DNA of 63,931 bases, filler included, from Octopus bimaculoides (lineage: Eukaryota), in assembly GCF_001194135.2 (NCBI RefSeq). It is 6 parts of 6 records of this genome, joined end to end, with 100 filler letters (N's around TTAATTAATTAA, not from the genome) between each part and the next. Parts side by side here need not be neighbours in the genome. Positions count along the whole stretch, not along the records: positions 1 to 19,448 come from NC_068996.1; 5 more parts are not named here. One strand, 5' to 3'. Positions within the stretch are counted from its first letter, which is position 1. Each line of letters opens with the position of its first letter. The notes under the pieces are model-generated. The model did not search any database. It saw only the letters and a list, made by a program, of their open reading frames with translations, and was not told the DNA's origin. The position numbers and the translations under genes are program-made. Shown in pieces: positions 1 to 12,056 of the stretch.

Positions 1-1
1 C

Positions 2-480
2 AACTTTTTCAAGTTCCACTTGAGAAGGAAGATGAGAGTAGAGAGGGAAGTGCTGTCTCATAGCAAATTCGTTGAAAGATGGGTGACTGTTGGAAGAATG
101 GCCAGTATAAACGGACCAATTCTGAGAATACACCTGTAGGAAAAAAAGGTAATGTAAAAGGAGAAAGGGCTCTATACCCCTTTCTTATTTTTTCTGACCA
201 GGCTCCCATGGTTTTATGGGTTTTTCCATGTGTAACATTTCCTTTTTCGAAGCGCCTCCCCCTTCGGGGGTTTCTACTTATTTATTTATCTATTTATTTA
301 TCTATTTATTCATTATATCTTTCTCCGTTTTCTTCCTCTGTTTAGACGAACTTTCCTACCTTTTCAGACAAAACCTTTTGTAACCTTCGTCCTGTCTTTG
401 TCCTTATATGTTTTTAATTGATATTAGCCCTTGTGGCCAATAAAACGAATTAATTATTATTATTATTATTATTATTATTA
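2..480 (+). mobile_element. 3' end of an L1/Tx1-clade non-LTR retrotransposon (ORF2 C-terminus, 3' UTR, AATAAA, (TTA)n tail)
   Basis: Frame 2, 2-139, reads NFFKFHLRRKMRVEREVLSHSKFVERWVTVGRMASINGPILRIHL*, resembling Tx1/L1 ORF2 C-termini (..ERW..). It is followed by a pyrimidine-rich UTR, AATAAA at ~439 and a (TTA)n tail. Clade call is from recalled similarity. Confidence 0.65.
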
Positions 481-507
481 GTAGTAGTAGTAGTAGTAGT
501 AGTATGT

Positions 508-745
508 GGGGCAAGCTGGCAGAATTATTACCATGCCAGACACAATGCTCAAGGGCGTTTCTTCCAACTTTACATTCTGAGTTGAAATTTTGTGGAGGTC
601 AACATTGCCTTTCATCTTTCATGGTCAATAAAAGAAGTACCAGTTGAGTGCTGGCATTGATGTAATCACCTAGTCCCTCTGCCCGAGATTGCTGGCCTTG
701 TGTCAGAATTTGAAACCATTATTGTTATTATTATTATCGTTAATA
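508..745 (+). mobile_element. tRNA-derived SINE, family 1 (decayed)
   Basis: A-box-like AGCTGGCAGAAT, B-box-like GAGTTGAAATT and a (TTA) tail. Homologous to copies at 45803, 62916 and 63141. Confidence 0.8.
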
Positions 746-989
746 TTATTATTGTTTATGATCACATAATTATCAAATAATAGTTACATAATTATTATAA
801 TAATTATTACTATTCAACTGCTTCACCTCATCTTCCTTTTTTGCCTTTTTCTGCTTCTTGTAACCAGTATGTGTCTTTACATTAGGAATCTCTTTTCCCA
901 TTAGCTTTGGTAGATTTTCAGTTTAATGTTGACAGTAAGAAATACTTCTTTACATATAAGAAATACTTCTTTACATGTAAGAAATTAGC

Positions 990-1330
990 CTTGAATACCT
1001 ATAACAAACAAAGTTGCCTTCAACATAGCATGTTTAGAGAGCATTCTTCTTTATGAAGCTGAAACCTGAACTCTGAAGAAGGAGCTTCAAGAGTGTCTTG
1101 AGGATACATGTACCAGGCTTCTCATGAGTGCTCAAAGTGTCTCACAGTTTGAGCACAGGACCAAAGAAGATTTATGGACACATTCCACCTGCGTCTACTG
1201 TTATTGATCAATGCAGGATAAGCTTTTCTGGCCACTGTTATTATACTGAGCTGAAAGCCTTATCAAATGCTACGTTTTGGAGACTTCCATATCCTAACAG
1301 AGAAAGATGACCATTCAAGCACTATTATTA
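990..1330 (+). mobile_element. Degenerate RTE-type LINE, post-RT C-terminal fragment
   Basis: Frameshifted translation ..ESILLYEAET*TLKKELQECLEDTCTRLL..KKIYGHIPPASTVIDQCRISFSGHC.. matches the RTE pattern LLYGxETWTL..RLRFAGH. Confidence 0.55.
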
Positions 1331-2409
1331 TGTCAGTTATAATACTGTTGCTATTGCATGATTCAGTTCATAAACAAGCACATCTCTGTGTACCTTAGAG
1401 CTTCTTTTCTGTCAATCTTTTTTACTGCTTTCATTCAGGGTTATTTTAAAGCAGTTTTAACAATAACACCATAACATTTACTGATGAGGAGACTCAATAC
1501 TAAAAGTAGAGCAAAAATTTCTTATAAAATCTGTTTTGACTGTAGCTTTAAGTTTTACCTGTTTGTTTGTTCTTTCTGAAATTGTATAGGGAAAAGTATT
1601 TGCCAAAAATGTTATGGAAGATATACTGTAAGGGTTTCTCAAGGATCTGAAAAAGTTCCTGGAGACATTGGTTTTCATATAGATGAGGAGGGTGGCCCAT
1701 ACCAAATCAGCTGTCTGCATCTACTCTTTCTACTATAGTGGGTAGATGTTTATACACAAATGCTGTGTTGAGCACTCATTTTCACTGTTCAACATTAGCA
1801 TGTGTATATGTGTGTGTGTGTGTGTGTGTAGATAGATAGATAGATAGATAGATATAAAACCCATGCCAGCATAGAAAACAGAAGTTAAAGGATGATGATA
1901 ATAAAAATGTTCCCAGAGACAATTAAGCTTTAAAAAAATCATCACACGGCCCAGATTACTGCCAGAATAAGTTAGTGTCACATTTTTTTCACTAGGATCA
2001 GTCAGAGTTCTCAGGGTCACCCAACCCATATTAGATAGGCAAGTGCTTGGGGAATTCCTGCTACATTTTCTGATATGGATCTCTGTACTTATGCAGCCTC
2101 TAAGGACCAGCTTGAGCTTAGTGTCTGGACTAAAATTAATTTTGTCATTATAGCCAGCTCTCCTAAGAGCCTCATTTTAGTATTCTGCATTATTAGTGGA
2201 AAGGTTGGAAAACCTAATTGAAATATTTTTAAGCCATCATACATCTGCCAGTCTTTATAGCTGTTGGATCAACTTCAAGTAGTCTCTCTCTCCCTCTCTC
2301 TCTCTCTCCCCCTCTCTCTCTCTCCACGCACACACACATTCTCCTCATTTTCTGCAATGGCTCAAATTATTGTTTCAATGCTTCTTCTGTGTCAGTGAAG
2401 TTAAATGTA

Positions 2410-3250
2410 CCCTATCATTCCTTTTATACTGCTGACTATGATGTCCCCTAATACTCATCTGCTGATCAGTGTACAGTCTGTAGTAAGTCAACTGCTGAGT
2501 CCTTGCTCTTTATTATCTGTAACACCTGCTTGGAGTGCCAAACTGCAGTGCACTTCCATGAACTGTTCTTTGATGGTTGTTGTATCTTCAACAGAATTAT
2601 CAACAAGATCTTACTGGTGATGATGATGACAGTTATGATATGGTACTCCAAGCAACCAGCAGTTCTTGCAGCATTGGAAAATGTAGCAAAAACTGTCTGC
2701 ATCTAGGCCATTGGCTACTTACCTTAGAAATATCACTTGGTACTTAGCTTGGTAAGAACCTTCATCATTATGTCATCTTTTGCTTTCAGTAACTCTGCAG
2801 GAAGGTTATCAACACCTACTGCTTTGTGGTCAAGCAAGTACTGAATTGCTTCCATCACTTCGGCTTCCAGAATTTCTGACTAGCATGCAATCCAACATGT
2901 TACAGTCACTCTTATTGTCACCATTTGGATATTCCGAGACATTCTGGTAAAGTTTCTCTTCATACTTCCACATCTTTGGGACATGCTTCAGATCAGAATT
3001 TGGCTCTCCTTATTGTTGATGTTTTTTTTTATGTTTCAGTTGAAAATTTTTGCTAAGATTTTTGGTGACACTACAAAACATTCTGAAGCTATTATAGTGA
3101 AGGCCATCCTATGCTCTACACTGTCTTTCCAACCATGAGGCCATGTCCTCCTTAATTTTGTTCTGCACTGTGAGCCATTTTCTTTTCTCTGATCATCCTC
3201 CTCCGAAGAAAAACAATGTATGCCTCTACAACATAGCAGTTAAGAACTCT
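2410..3250 (-). mobile_element. Degenerate RTE/BovB-like LINE fragment (EN-RT linker and RT N-terminus)
   Basis: Minus-strand fragments ..EILEAEVMEAIQYLLDHKAVGVDNLPAELLK.. and ..SKILLIIL.. resemble RTE ..EV..AI..L..KAPG.D.IPAELLK and ..SKILL.. Confidence 0.65.
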
Positions 3251-3489
3251 AAGATGAACTTTACTTAATGAGCTGTTTGAAGATTTTAAGCTGATTATGA
3301 CCACAGCAGATACTAAGTAAAAAAGCTAAGGATGCATGTCTGTGTGTACACAATACATGCACACAACATTTTTCATATATATATATATAAACATTCACAT
3401 TTTGTTTACTTTACATATCATCATAATAATCTATATTATTTATAAGTTAACAATTATCACTAATTTTTTCTATTTTTTTATTTTGGCAG

Positions 3490-3557
3490 CTGGCCACCCG
3501 CTGTGCGGAACGTGAATTAAAAGAATCAAAGCATGAATGTGCTGTATTACGCCAAAA
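3490..3557 (+). CDS. TANGO1: TANGO1/cTAGE5-family exon, end of coiled coil (LATRCAERELKESKHECAVLRQK)
   Basis: T-rich acceptor ..ttttggcag| and donor AA|gtaagt, 68 nt, phase 0 to 2. The peptide aligns with cTAGE5/MIA2 (W)LAARxAERNLNDLRKENAHNRQK|LTE and with the MIA3 equivalent (recalled sequences). Confidence 0.85.
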
Positions 3558-3574
3558 GTAAGTATGATTAGACA

Positions 3575-3695
3575 TTGTTTTCACTGGAGCAACATGAAAA
3601 TTAAGGATCTTGTTTAAGAACACAACACAGGGCCTCGTCTGGGAATCAAACTCATTACCTCATGATTGTGAGCCCAATGCTTTAACCACTGAGCC
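3575..3695 (-). mobile_element. tRNA-derived SINE head, family 3
   Basis: The reverse complement has a tRNA-like head (GGCTCAGTGGTTAAAGC..GAGTTTGATTCCC). Related to 50505-50730. Confidence 0.6.
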
Positions 3696-3696
3696 A

Positions 3697-3747
<51 letters not shown>

Positions 3748-4371
3748 TTTACACACTACCTTGTGTGAATNNNNNNNNNNNNNNNNNNNNNNNNNNNNNN
3801 NNNNNNNNNNNNNNNNNNNNNNNNNNNNNNNNNNNNNNNNNNNNNNNNNNNNNNNNNNNNNNNNNNNNNNNNNNNNNNNNNNNNNNNNNNNNNNNNNNNN
3901 NNNNNNNNNNNNNNNNNNNNNNNNNNNNNNNNNNNNNNNNNNNNNNNNNNNNNNNNNNNNNNNNNNNNNNNNNNNNNNNNNNNNNNNNNNNNNNNNNNNN
4001 NNNNNNNNNNNNNNNNNNNNNNNNNNNNNNNNNNNNNNNNNNNNNNNNNNNNNNNNNNNNNNNNNNNNNNNNNNNNNNNNNNNNNNNNNNNNNNNNNNNN
4101 NNNNNNNNNNNNNNNNNNNNNNNNNNNNNNNNNNNNNNNNNNNNNNNNNNNNNNNNNNNNNNNNNNNNNNNNNNNNNNNNNNNNNNNNNNNNNNNNNNNN
4201 NNNNNNNNNNNNNNNNNNNNNNNNNNNNNNNNNNNNNNNNNNNNNNNNNNNNNNNNNNNNNNNNNNNNNNNNNNNNNNNNNNNNNNNNNNNNNNNNNNNN
4301 NNNNNNNNNNNNNNNNNNNNNNNNNNNNNNNNNNNNNNNNNNNNNNNNNNNNNNNNNNNNNNNNNNNNNNN

Positions 4372-6290
4372 CATCATTGTTTAACATCCGCTTTCCATGC
4401 TAGCATGGGTTGGACGATTTGACTGAGGACTGGCAAGCCAGAAGGCTGCACCAGGCTCCAATCTGATCTGGCAGAGTTTCTACAGCTGGATGCCCTTCCT
4501 AACGCCAACCACTCTGAGAGTGTAGTGGGTGCTTTTATGTGCCACCGGCACGAAGGCCAGTCAGGCGGTACTGGCAACAGCCACGCTCAAAATGGTGTTT
4601 TTTATGTGCCACCTGCATGGGAGCCAGTTCAGCGGCACTGGCAACGACCTCGCTCGAATTATTTTCTAATGTGCTACCAGCACAAGTGCTAGAAGGTAAT
4701 GCTGGTAACGGTTACACTCAAATGGTGCCATTTACGGGCCACTAGCACGGAAGCCAGACAGCTGCTCTGGCAATGAACACGCTTGGACAGTGCTGTTAGT
4801 GCTCCACTAGTGCAGGTGCCAGTCATCGAATATGGTTCAATTACGATTTCGATTTCGCTTGCCCCAACAGGTCTTTGCAAACAGAGTTTAGTGTCCAATG
4901 AAGGAGAGGTTGGCATGGGTGCCAGTCGTCGGATTCGGTTCGATTTCAATTTCAGATTCCAAATTCACTTGCCTCAACAGGTCTTCGCAAGCAGTTTTTA
5001 GTGTCCAATGAAGTAAAGATACAAATAAATGAGCTGGCTACACTTCTGGCAGAGGCCACAGATTATGCTCTCGCTTGGTTTGCTGGGTCTTCTCACGTAC
5101 TGCATATTTCCAAAGGTCCCGGTCACTAATCATTGCCTCGGTGAGGCCTAAAGTTCGAAGGTCTTGCTTCACCACCTCATCCCAGGTCTTCCTGGGCCTA
5201 CCTCTTCCACGGGTTCCCTCAACTGCTAGGGTGTGACACTTTTTCACACAGCTATCCTCATCCATTCTCACCACATGACCATATCAGTGCAATCGTCTCT
5301 CTTGCACACCACAACTGATACTTCTTAGGTCTAACTTTTCTCTCAAGGTACTTACACTCTGTCGAGTATGCACACTGACATTACACATCCATTGGAGCAT
5401 ACTGGCTTTGTTTCTTGCGAGTTTACACAGTCATGGCTCCTGTTTCACTGTCATGTAGCATGGCTGTTCGTACACATGCATCATACAGTCTGCCTTTTAG
5501 TCTGAGTGAGAGGCCCTTTGTCGCCAGCAGAGGTAAGAGCTCTCTAAACTTTGCCCAGGCTATTCATATTCTAGCAGTTACACTTTCAGCGCACCCTCCC
5601 CCGCTACAAACTTGGTCACCTAGGTAATGGCAGCTATCAACTACTTCTAGTTTTTCTCCCTGGAGTGTGGCAGAAGTTGTTTTCTGCACATTCTCAGTGT
5701 TTATTGCTCCTGAGCATCATCCACATACAAAAACTATCTTGCTAGTTAACCTTCCTTTCATATTGCTGCACCTCTTATGTGTCCATAGCTTACACTGGGT
5801 ACATCTTATGGAGTTACTACCTATGCCTTTTCTGCAGAGCGAGCAGGGCCATCTACCTGAAGGGGTTTGTGTGTTGTCTACCTTCCTACTTATTAAGACT
5901 TTGGTTTTAGCTAGGTTGACTCTAAGGCCCTTCGATTCTAGTCCTTGCTTCCACACCTAAAACTTCTCTTCTAGTTCTGATAGTGACTCAGCAATTAGGG
6001 CAAGGTCATCAGCATAGAGCAGCTCCCAGAGGCATACTGTCTTGAATTCCTCTGTTATTGCTTGGAGGACTATGATAAATAGGAGGGGGCTGAGGACTGA
6101 ACCTTGGTGGACCCCTACCTCTACCCGGAATTCTTCACTGTACTCGTTGCCAACCTTCACCTTACTGACAGTGTCTCTGTACATGGCTCGCACAGCTCTC
6201 ACTAGCCATTCTTCTATCCCTAGTTTCCTCATTAACCACCAGATAAGGGATCGGGGGACCCTGTCAGATTCTCTTCTTACAGCATAGTTG
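4372..6290 (-). mobile_element. 5'-truncated RTE-clade LINE: RT (YADD), PHD-like finger, C-terminus and 3' UTR with (GAT)n tail
   Basis: ORF segments 6232-5957 (GVHQGSVLSPLLF, LLYADD), 5956-5717 and 5274-5038 (GRGRPRKTW). In-frame stops include TGA at likely former CGA codons. The 3' tail is shared with other copies in the window. Confidence 0.95.
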
Positions 6291-6747
6291 GTATATTCTC
6301 ATACCTCTTCTTGCTAGCCCTTCTTATTACATATAGATATAACTCATTTATGTCTTTACTTTATAATAAAATTAGTATTATATTAATATTCACTATTATA
6401 TAAAAAATTATTTGCCATAATGAATTTTTGCACTTTCTTTTTTTGTGCATTTGTATTATACACTTTGTTTCAATATAAACATTTTATATACAGTGAAGAT
6501 ATAGGATCTAATATTTTTTGCAATTATAATTACATTTCTCATTATCCTAAAAAATTATCAGTTTTAAAGGAAATAAATATACAGGCAGGTTTCATTTAAT
6601 TCAAATATTTTTTAACAAAAGAATATTTATTAGTTTTATTGCATTGCCTGGAAAAAAAGTGGATTTATTGCTTTGAAAAATGCAGGTGCATGTATATTAA
6701 TATTCTTAAAGTTATTATACCTGGAAAGGTACAGAACAAGATTTCTA

Positions 6748-6848
6748 CAGTAGAATTAGCCTAATTCGTCTTTGGCTAATTCGTTACTTTACCTAAATCG
6801 TCACTTTCAGTTTTCTCCTAGGGATGACTAATTAGGCAAATTCTACTG
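6748..6848. mobile_element. 101-bp pogo/Tigger-type MITE, copy 1
   Basis: 19-bp TIRs CAGTAGAATT(A/T)GCCTAATT with 1 mismatch, flanked by TA on both sides. Confidence 0.85.
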
Positions 6849-7320
6849 TANNNNNNNNNNTAAAATTAAAATTCTACTGTACTTAAAATATTGCAACCAA
6901 GAATAACATTTTAAAAATAAAAATACATTATATTAGGTAATTTTGAGATAATTTATTTTATTTATTATGAGAATCTCAAAAACAAGTAAATCTTTAAAAA
7001 CATGTTACAAAAATAATCAAAAATAAATTTACACAAAAATGTTTTTTTATATAATGTTGTTTGAAATATACAATTAAACTAGTCATCTTATTTAGTTGTA
7101 TCAAGTACAAACAGTAAAATATGAAGTTGTAAATAATATTGCACAAGATTTTTGTTTCACTTGAATTGAAATCCCATTACAAAAAAAAAAAGTATTGTTT
7201 GCAGTAGAATGGTCATTAAATAGTTTCAAATCAACCATATGGTCAATCAATTCTTCCACATTAAAAAAAGAAAATTAATCTGCCAAATAAATCATAAGTA
7301 AAATTTATTAGTTATTAATA

Positions 7321-7421
7321 CAGTAGAATTAGCCTAATTCGTCTTTGGCTAATTCGTTACTTTACCTAAATCGTCACTTTCAGTTTTCTCCTAGGGATGA
7401 CTAATTAGGCAAATTCTACTG
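7321..7421. mobile_element. 101-bp pogo/Tigger-type MITE, copy 2 (identical to copy 1)
   Basis: Same sequence as 6748-6848 with a TA duplication and a different left flank. Confidence 0.85.
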
Positions 7422-7907
7422 TATTTCTTAAAAATTAATTTTATTTTATTTCATTTTTAAAATACTGCTTTTACCAAAAATAAGCCCATGGGCTTAAATA
7501 CAGACTTAAATAATATATGCTTGGTGCCTTAGCATTACTTGGTACTATGTAGAAGAGAGTTGGGTAGCTTCGTGACGGCCTCGCCAACTCCACCAGAGCT
7601 TCAATTAATAATCATAACCATCCTGGTCATCATTTCATGTCTTCAATCTGAATCTTCTTGGACCACTGCTATATGATTACCAGAACAACCTCATAAGCTC
7701 ATGTATATACATTGTAAATATATACATTTTAAATTTTGTAAATATACTCTAAATATTTTATATATACAGTCTAAGTATTATGTATATTATTCACTTCAAA
7801 TATTGTCGTTGATAGTCTCAAAAGTTGACAAAATACGGACTCTTTTCAGACATTTAATGATTGTACTTTGCTAATTTGCTGCTAATGGTATGTGCTAATT
7901 ATTATAG

Positions 7908-7990
7908 GTTAACAGAGCTTGAGCGACGATCGGGTCCAGTTCCAGTCCCTCTCATCCGGCCATTAGCTACACGGAATGTTATGCCAGCTG
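7908..7990 (+). CDS. TANGO1: TANGO1-family exon ((K)LTELERRSGPVPVPLIRPLATRNVMPA-G)
   Basis: Acceptor ttatag|, upstream ctaat branch-like motifs, donor G|gtgagt. 83 nt, phase 2 to 1, joining the previous exon in frame as RQK|LTELE. Confidence 0.85.
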
Positions 7991-8154
7991 GTGAGTTTGA
8001 AAGCTTGCATTTCCTTTGCTCTTTGTGGTTATATGTGTGTTTGTTTGGCAGTATTTTGTATGTATTTCAGTGCTTGTGCATAATAAATGTGTGTGTGTGT
8101 GTGTGTGTATACCAGGTGATGAAATTTGTAGAGAGTTATAACCCCAATTAATTA

Positions 8155-10330
8155 GGAGCAGAATTAGATGAAATGCAGTTTGGCTTTATGCCAGGGAGAA
8201 GCACTATTACTGCTGTTTTCATAGTCAGGCAACTGTAAGATGAATATTCAGCTCAGAATAAGTTGTTGTACCTGGCATTTGTTGATCTGGAGAAAGACTC
8301 ACTCTGTAATATGGTGGTCTCTAGGGATACACAAATGATTTGTGAAAGTAGTTCAGGTCATGTACAGAGATGCTGTTAATAAGGTAAGAGTTGGCTATGA
8401 GTATAATGACAAAGTGACAAATTTAGTGTTCAAGTAGGTGTTCACCAAGGCTCAGTCCTCATCCCCCTCTTATTCATCATCATCCTCCAGGTCATAACAT
8501 TTAAGACTGATTGCCCATGTGAACTGCTATATGCAGATGATCTTGGTTTCATAGCAAAATCTGTAACAGAACTAGACATTAACATTTGACTTTCATAAAT
8601 TTCATAGTGCAAATGCCAAGAACAATAGGAAGAAACTTGTAGACAACTTTGGATTGAGTTTCGAATCTTGGCTAAGAATCTCAGAAGCTATTTGCTATTA
8701 AGGTCCTCGTAAGCAAGACATGACTTTTCCCACTTCAGGTAAATGGTCCTGTCTGATATATGGGAAAGGTGAAGGCAGGAATTCCATTCGGTGTACTCAG
8801 TGCAATCTATGGACACACAAGAGGTGCAGTGGAGTAATAGGAAGGTTAATAGAGAAAGTAGTGTTTGTATAGGGAAGGTATACAAGAGCCATAAAGTCTA
8901 CAGGTACATGGAAAATTGATTTTCTCAAATGTCTCAGCTGCTGTCTAGCTGTAGTGGATAATTTTTGTTACTTAGGTGACCTAAGTAGCAGTTGAGGAGG
9001 ATGTACTGAAAGTGTAATTGTTAGAATAAGAATAGAATAGAGAAAGTTCAGAGAAACTTTACCTTTGTTGGTAACCATAGGCCTTACTCTGAGTGAAAGA
9101 CAGATTGTAGGATGCATCTGTACAAACAGCAATGCTTCATGGAAGTGAGACATGGGCCCTGAATGCAGAGGATGTGTAAAGATTGGAGAAGAATGAAACT
9201 AGTGTGCTCCACTGGATATGTAATGTAAGAGTACATGTGCAACAGAGCACTAGTGCATTGAGAGGACAGTTAGGCATAAGAAGAATTAGATGTAGTGTGC
9301 AAGAGAGAAACCGCTCTGGCCACATGATTTGTATGGATGAGTACAGTTGCATAAAAAGTGCTGATCATTTAAAGTAGATGAAACTTGTGAAAGAGGGTGA
9401 CCCAGAAAAACACAGGACAAAGTACTGTAGGTCAATCTCCAAACACTGAGCTTTACAAAGGAAATGATAATGGACCTAGATATCTGGCACCTTGCTGTCC
9501 ATCATAGCAGAATTGATATCTTAAAACCATCTTGGTAATGCTTGTTTGTGAGGGGCTCTTTCCCACTCCTACCCCTATTCTCTCTGCCTCATCAGCCTTT
9601 TCCCTCCACTTTCCATTCCCTAACACCCATCACTTCTTTAACACCTAAGAGTAGAATAGGCACTTACTACATTTCCCTGGCTTTCTCAGTTACCTCTCTT
9701 CCCCCATCATTAACACCTCACTGACCTGCTATCACCCTCAATACCCTCACATATCTACCACAACCCCAGCCCTCAAGCTTCTCTTATGTTTCTTCCCATC
9801 ATTTGCTACAGTCACCTCTATCCTACCCACTCACTCAGCCCAAACCTCTGCACTACCTCATCTATTCTCACCATCCCCAATATACCTTGAGTGTATTTCC
9901 TAACACATCTTCGTCATCGTTCTCTCACTATTTCTCTCCTTATCCTACTCTCTAATTTACTCTCCTTATATCACTCTCTGACTCACTCTCCTTTCTTTTC
10001 CAACTGGGGTGTCTATGTATCTACTCTACAGCATGATACCTATCTCTGTCCCTCTACACCTTTAATCTATCAAGTTGCACAAAGCCACACACCCCTCAAT
10101 ACTACTCCCAGCTGAGAGGTTTTTGTTGGGCAAGGTTCTTGGTGTGACCTTGTCAGTGCCACATAAAAAGCATCCAGTACACTCTGTGAAGTGGTTGATG
10201 TTAGGAAGGGTATCCAGCTGTAGAAATCATACCAAAAGAGACAATGGAGCCTGGTATGACTCCCAGCCTTGCCAGCGCCTCTCAAACTGTCCAACCTAAG
10301 CCAGCATGGAAAACAGACATTAAATGATGA
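8155..10330 (+). mobile_element. Degenerate RTE-clade LINE (RT to 3' tail), same family as 4372-6290
   Basis: Broken frames with LDEMQFGFMPG, YLAFVDLEK, GVHQGSVL, LLYADDL and a PHD-like segment. The RTE 3' tail lies at ~10140-10330. Confidence 0.85.
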
Positions 10331-10586
10331 TGGTCACACACACTCATATCATTGTTGCAATAATCATTGTTTTAATTTCTAATTTTCCATGCTGCCATGG
10401 ATCAGATAGAATTCACTGAAGCACATATTCTACAGGCAGACGCCTTTCCTATCATAACCCTCACCTGTTTCCAAGCAGTGGTGGGACATGTCCCCACCAA
10501 AGATTGGAAATAAACAGCACCTCTTGTATATGTCAGTGACATGTATTTACAACTATGTCATGTCAAAGTAAGCAGATACAAACATG

Positions 10587-10862
<276 letters not shown>

Positions 10863-10883
10863 TGTGTGTGTGTGTGTGTGTGT

Positions 10884-11797
10884 AGCCAAGGCTGTGTGGA
10901 ATTTTCAGGACATTTATAAAGAGAAAGTCTTGCAGCTGTTTCTGGGATATTAGGGAATACCCCTTCATCAGAGATGATGCTAGAAAAAAAAAAGTGAAAA
11001 GCGGAGTGTTAGTTAGTGGTCAACATATTATGAGGAGGGGAATGGGAGAGGAGTAGGGGAGGGGTAGGAAGAGATAAGAATGTAAGTAATGAATATGTGT
11101 GAGGTGGGGTGATATGTTAGAATGGCATTAAGGGATGGGTACAGAAAAAGGTAGAGGAGGATTGTTTCCTAAGGTGAGAGGAGGAGTGTTTTCTAAACCA
11201 CAAATTGAAAGGGAAAAATACTAAGAATGGTCAGGTATCTATAAATAGACTTATGTGTTTATTCACTTTTTTTTCACTTCCTTAAACTGTTTCATTTTCT
11301 CTTTTTGTTTTCAGTCTCTCTTCTTCTTTCTTTCCTTCTTCTTTTCTCACCTTTTCCTTTTACCTTTCTCTACATTTTAACATACACATCTCTTCTCCCC
11401 TCTCTATCGTCTTAATACTAGCACAACAGTTTCATATTTTCATTCACACCACGAGACCCCTTTGAATGAACAGCACATAGAATCTACATCTCGACACTTT
11501 CTGTTTGTGATGACAAAATATGAACTCCTATTGGAATTTACAAACCACAGACAGGAAGCATTTCTACCGCTTCTACACACCACTTTCCTTGGATAATGGA
11601 ACTGGAACTATAACATCTTTATAGATTTTTATTTTTATTTCTACATTCATTCTCCTATTTTACTATATACTCCTTATTTGCTTCTTTTTCCAAAATAACT
11701 CCATCTCTGATGAAGGGATATCCCTAATATCCCAGAAACAGCTGTAAGACTAACTTTCTCTTTATAAATGTTCTGAAAATTCCACACAGCCTTGGCT
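10884..11797. mobile_element. Inverted Penelope-like terminal repeats with hammerhead-like motif (family A)
   Basis: 10884-10975 is the reverse complement of 11703-11797. CTGATGA..GAAAC AGCT GTA motif at 11707-11746. The Penelope attribution is inference. Confidence 0.6.
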
Positions 11798-11973
11798 TTT
11801 CTGTCTCATTTTATTTAACATATACAACCTCATACAAGACCCACATTAAATTCCTCACTCGTATGATTATCAAACCGAGAGTTTAACTATGGTCTTTCCA
11901 TGCAACTTACATAATGTTACCTGCCACCTTGGGTGTTCTGGATACCAATACCTCTCATACACACACACACACA

Positions 11974-12011
<38 letters not shown>

Positions 12012-12056
12012 NNNNNNNNNNNNNNNNNNNNNNNNNNNNNNNNNNNNNNNNNNNNN

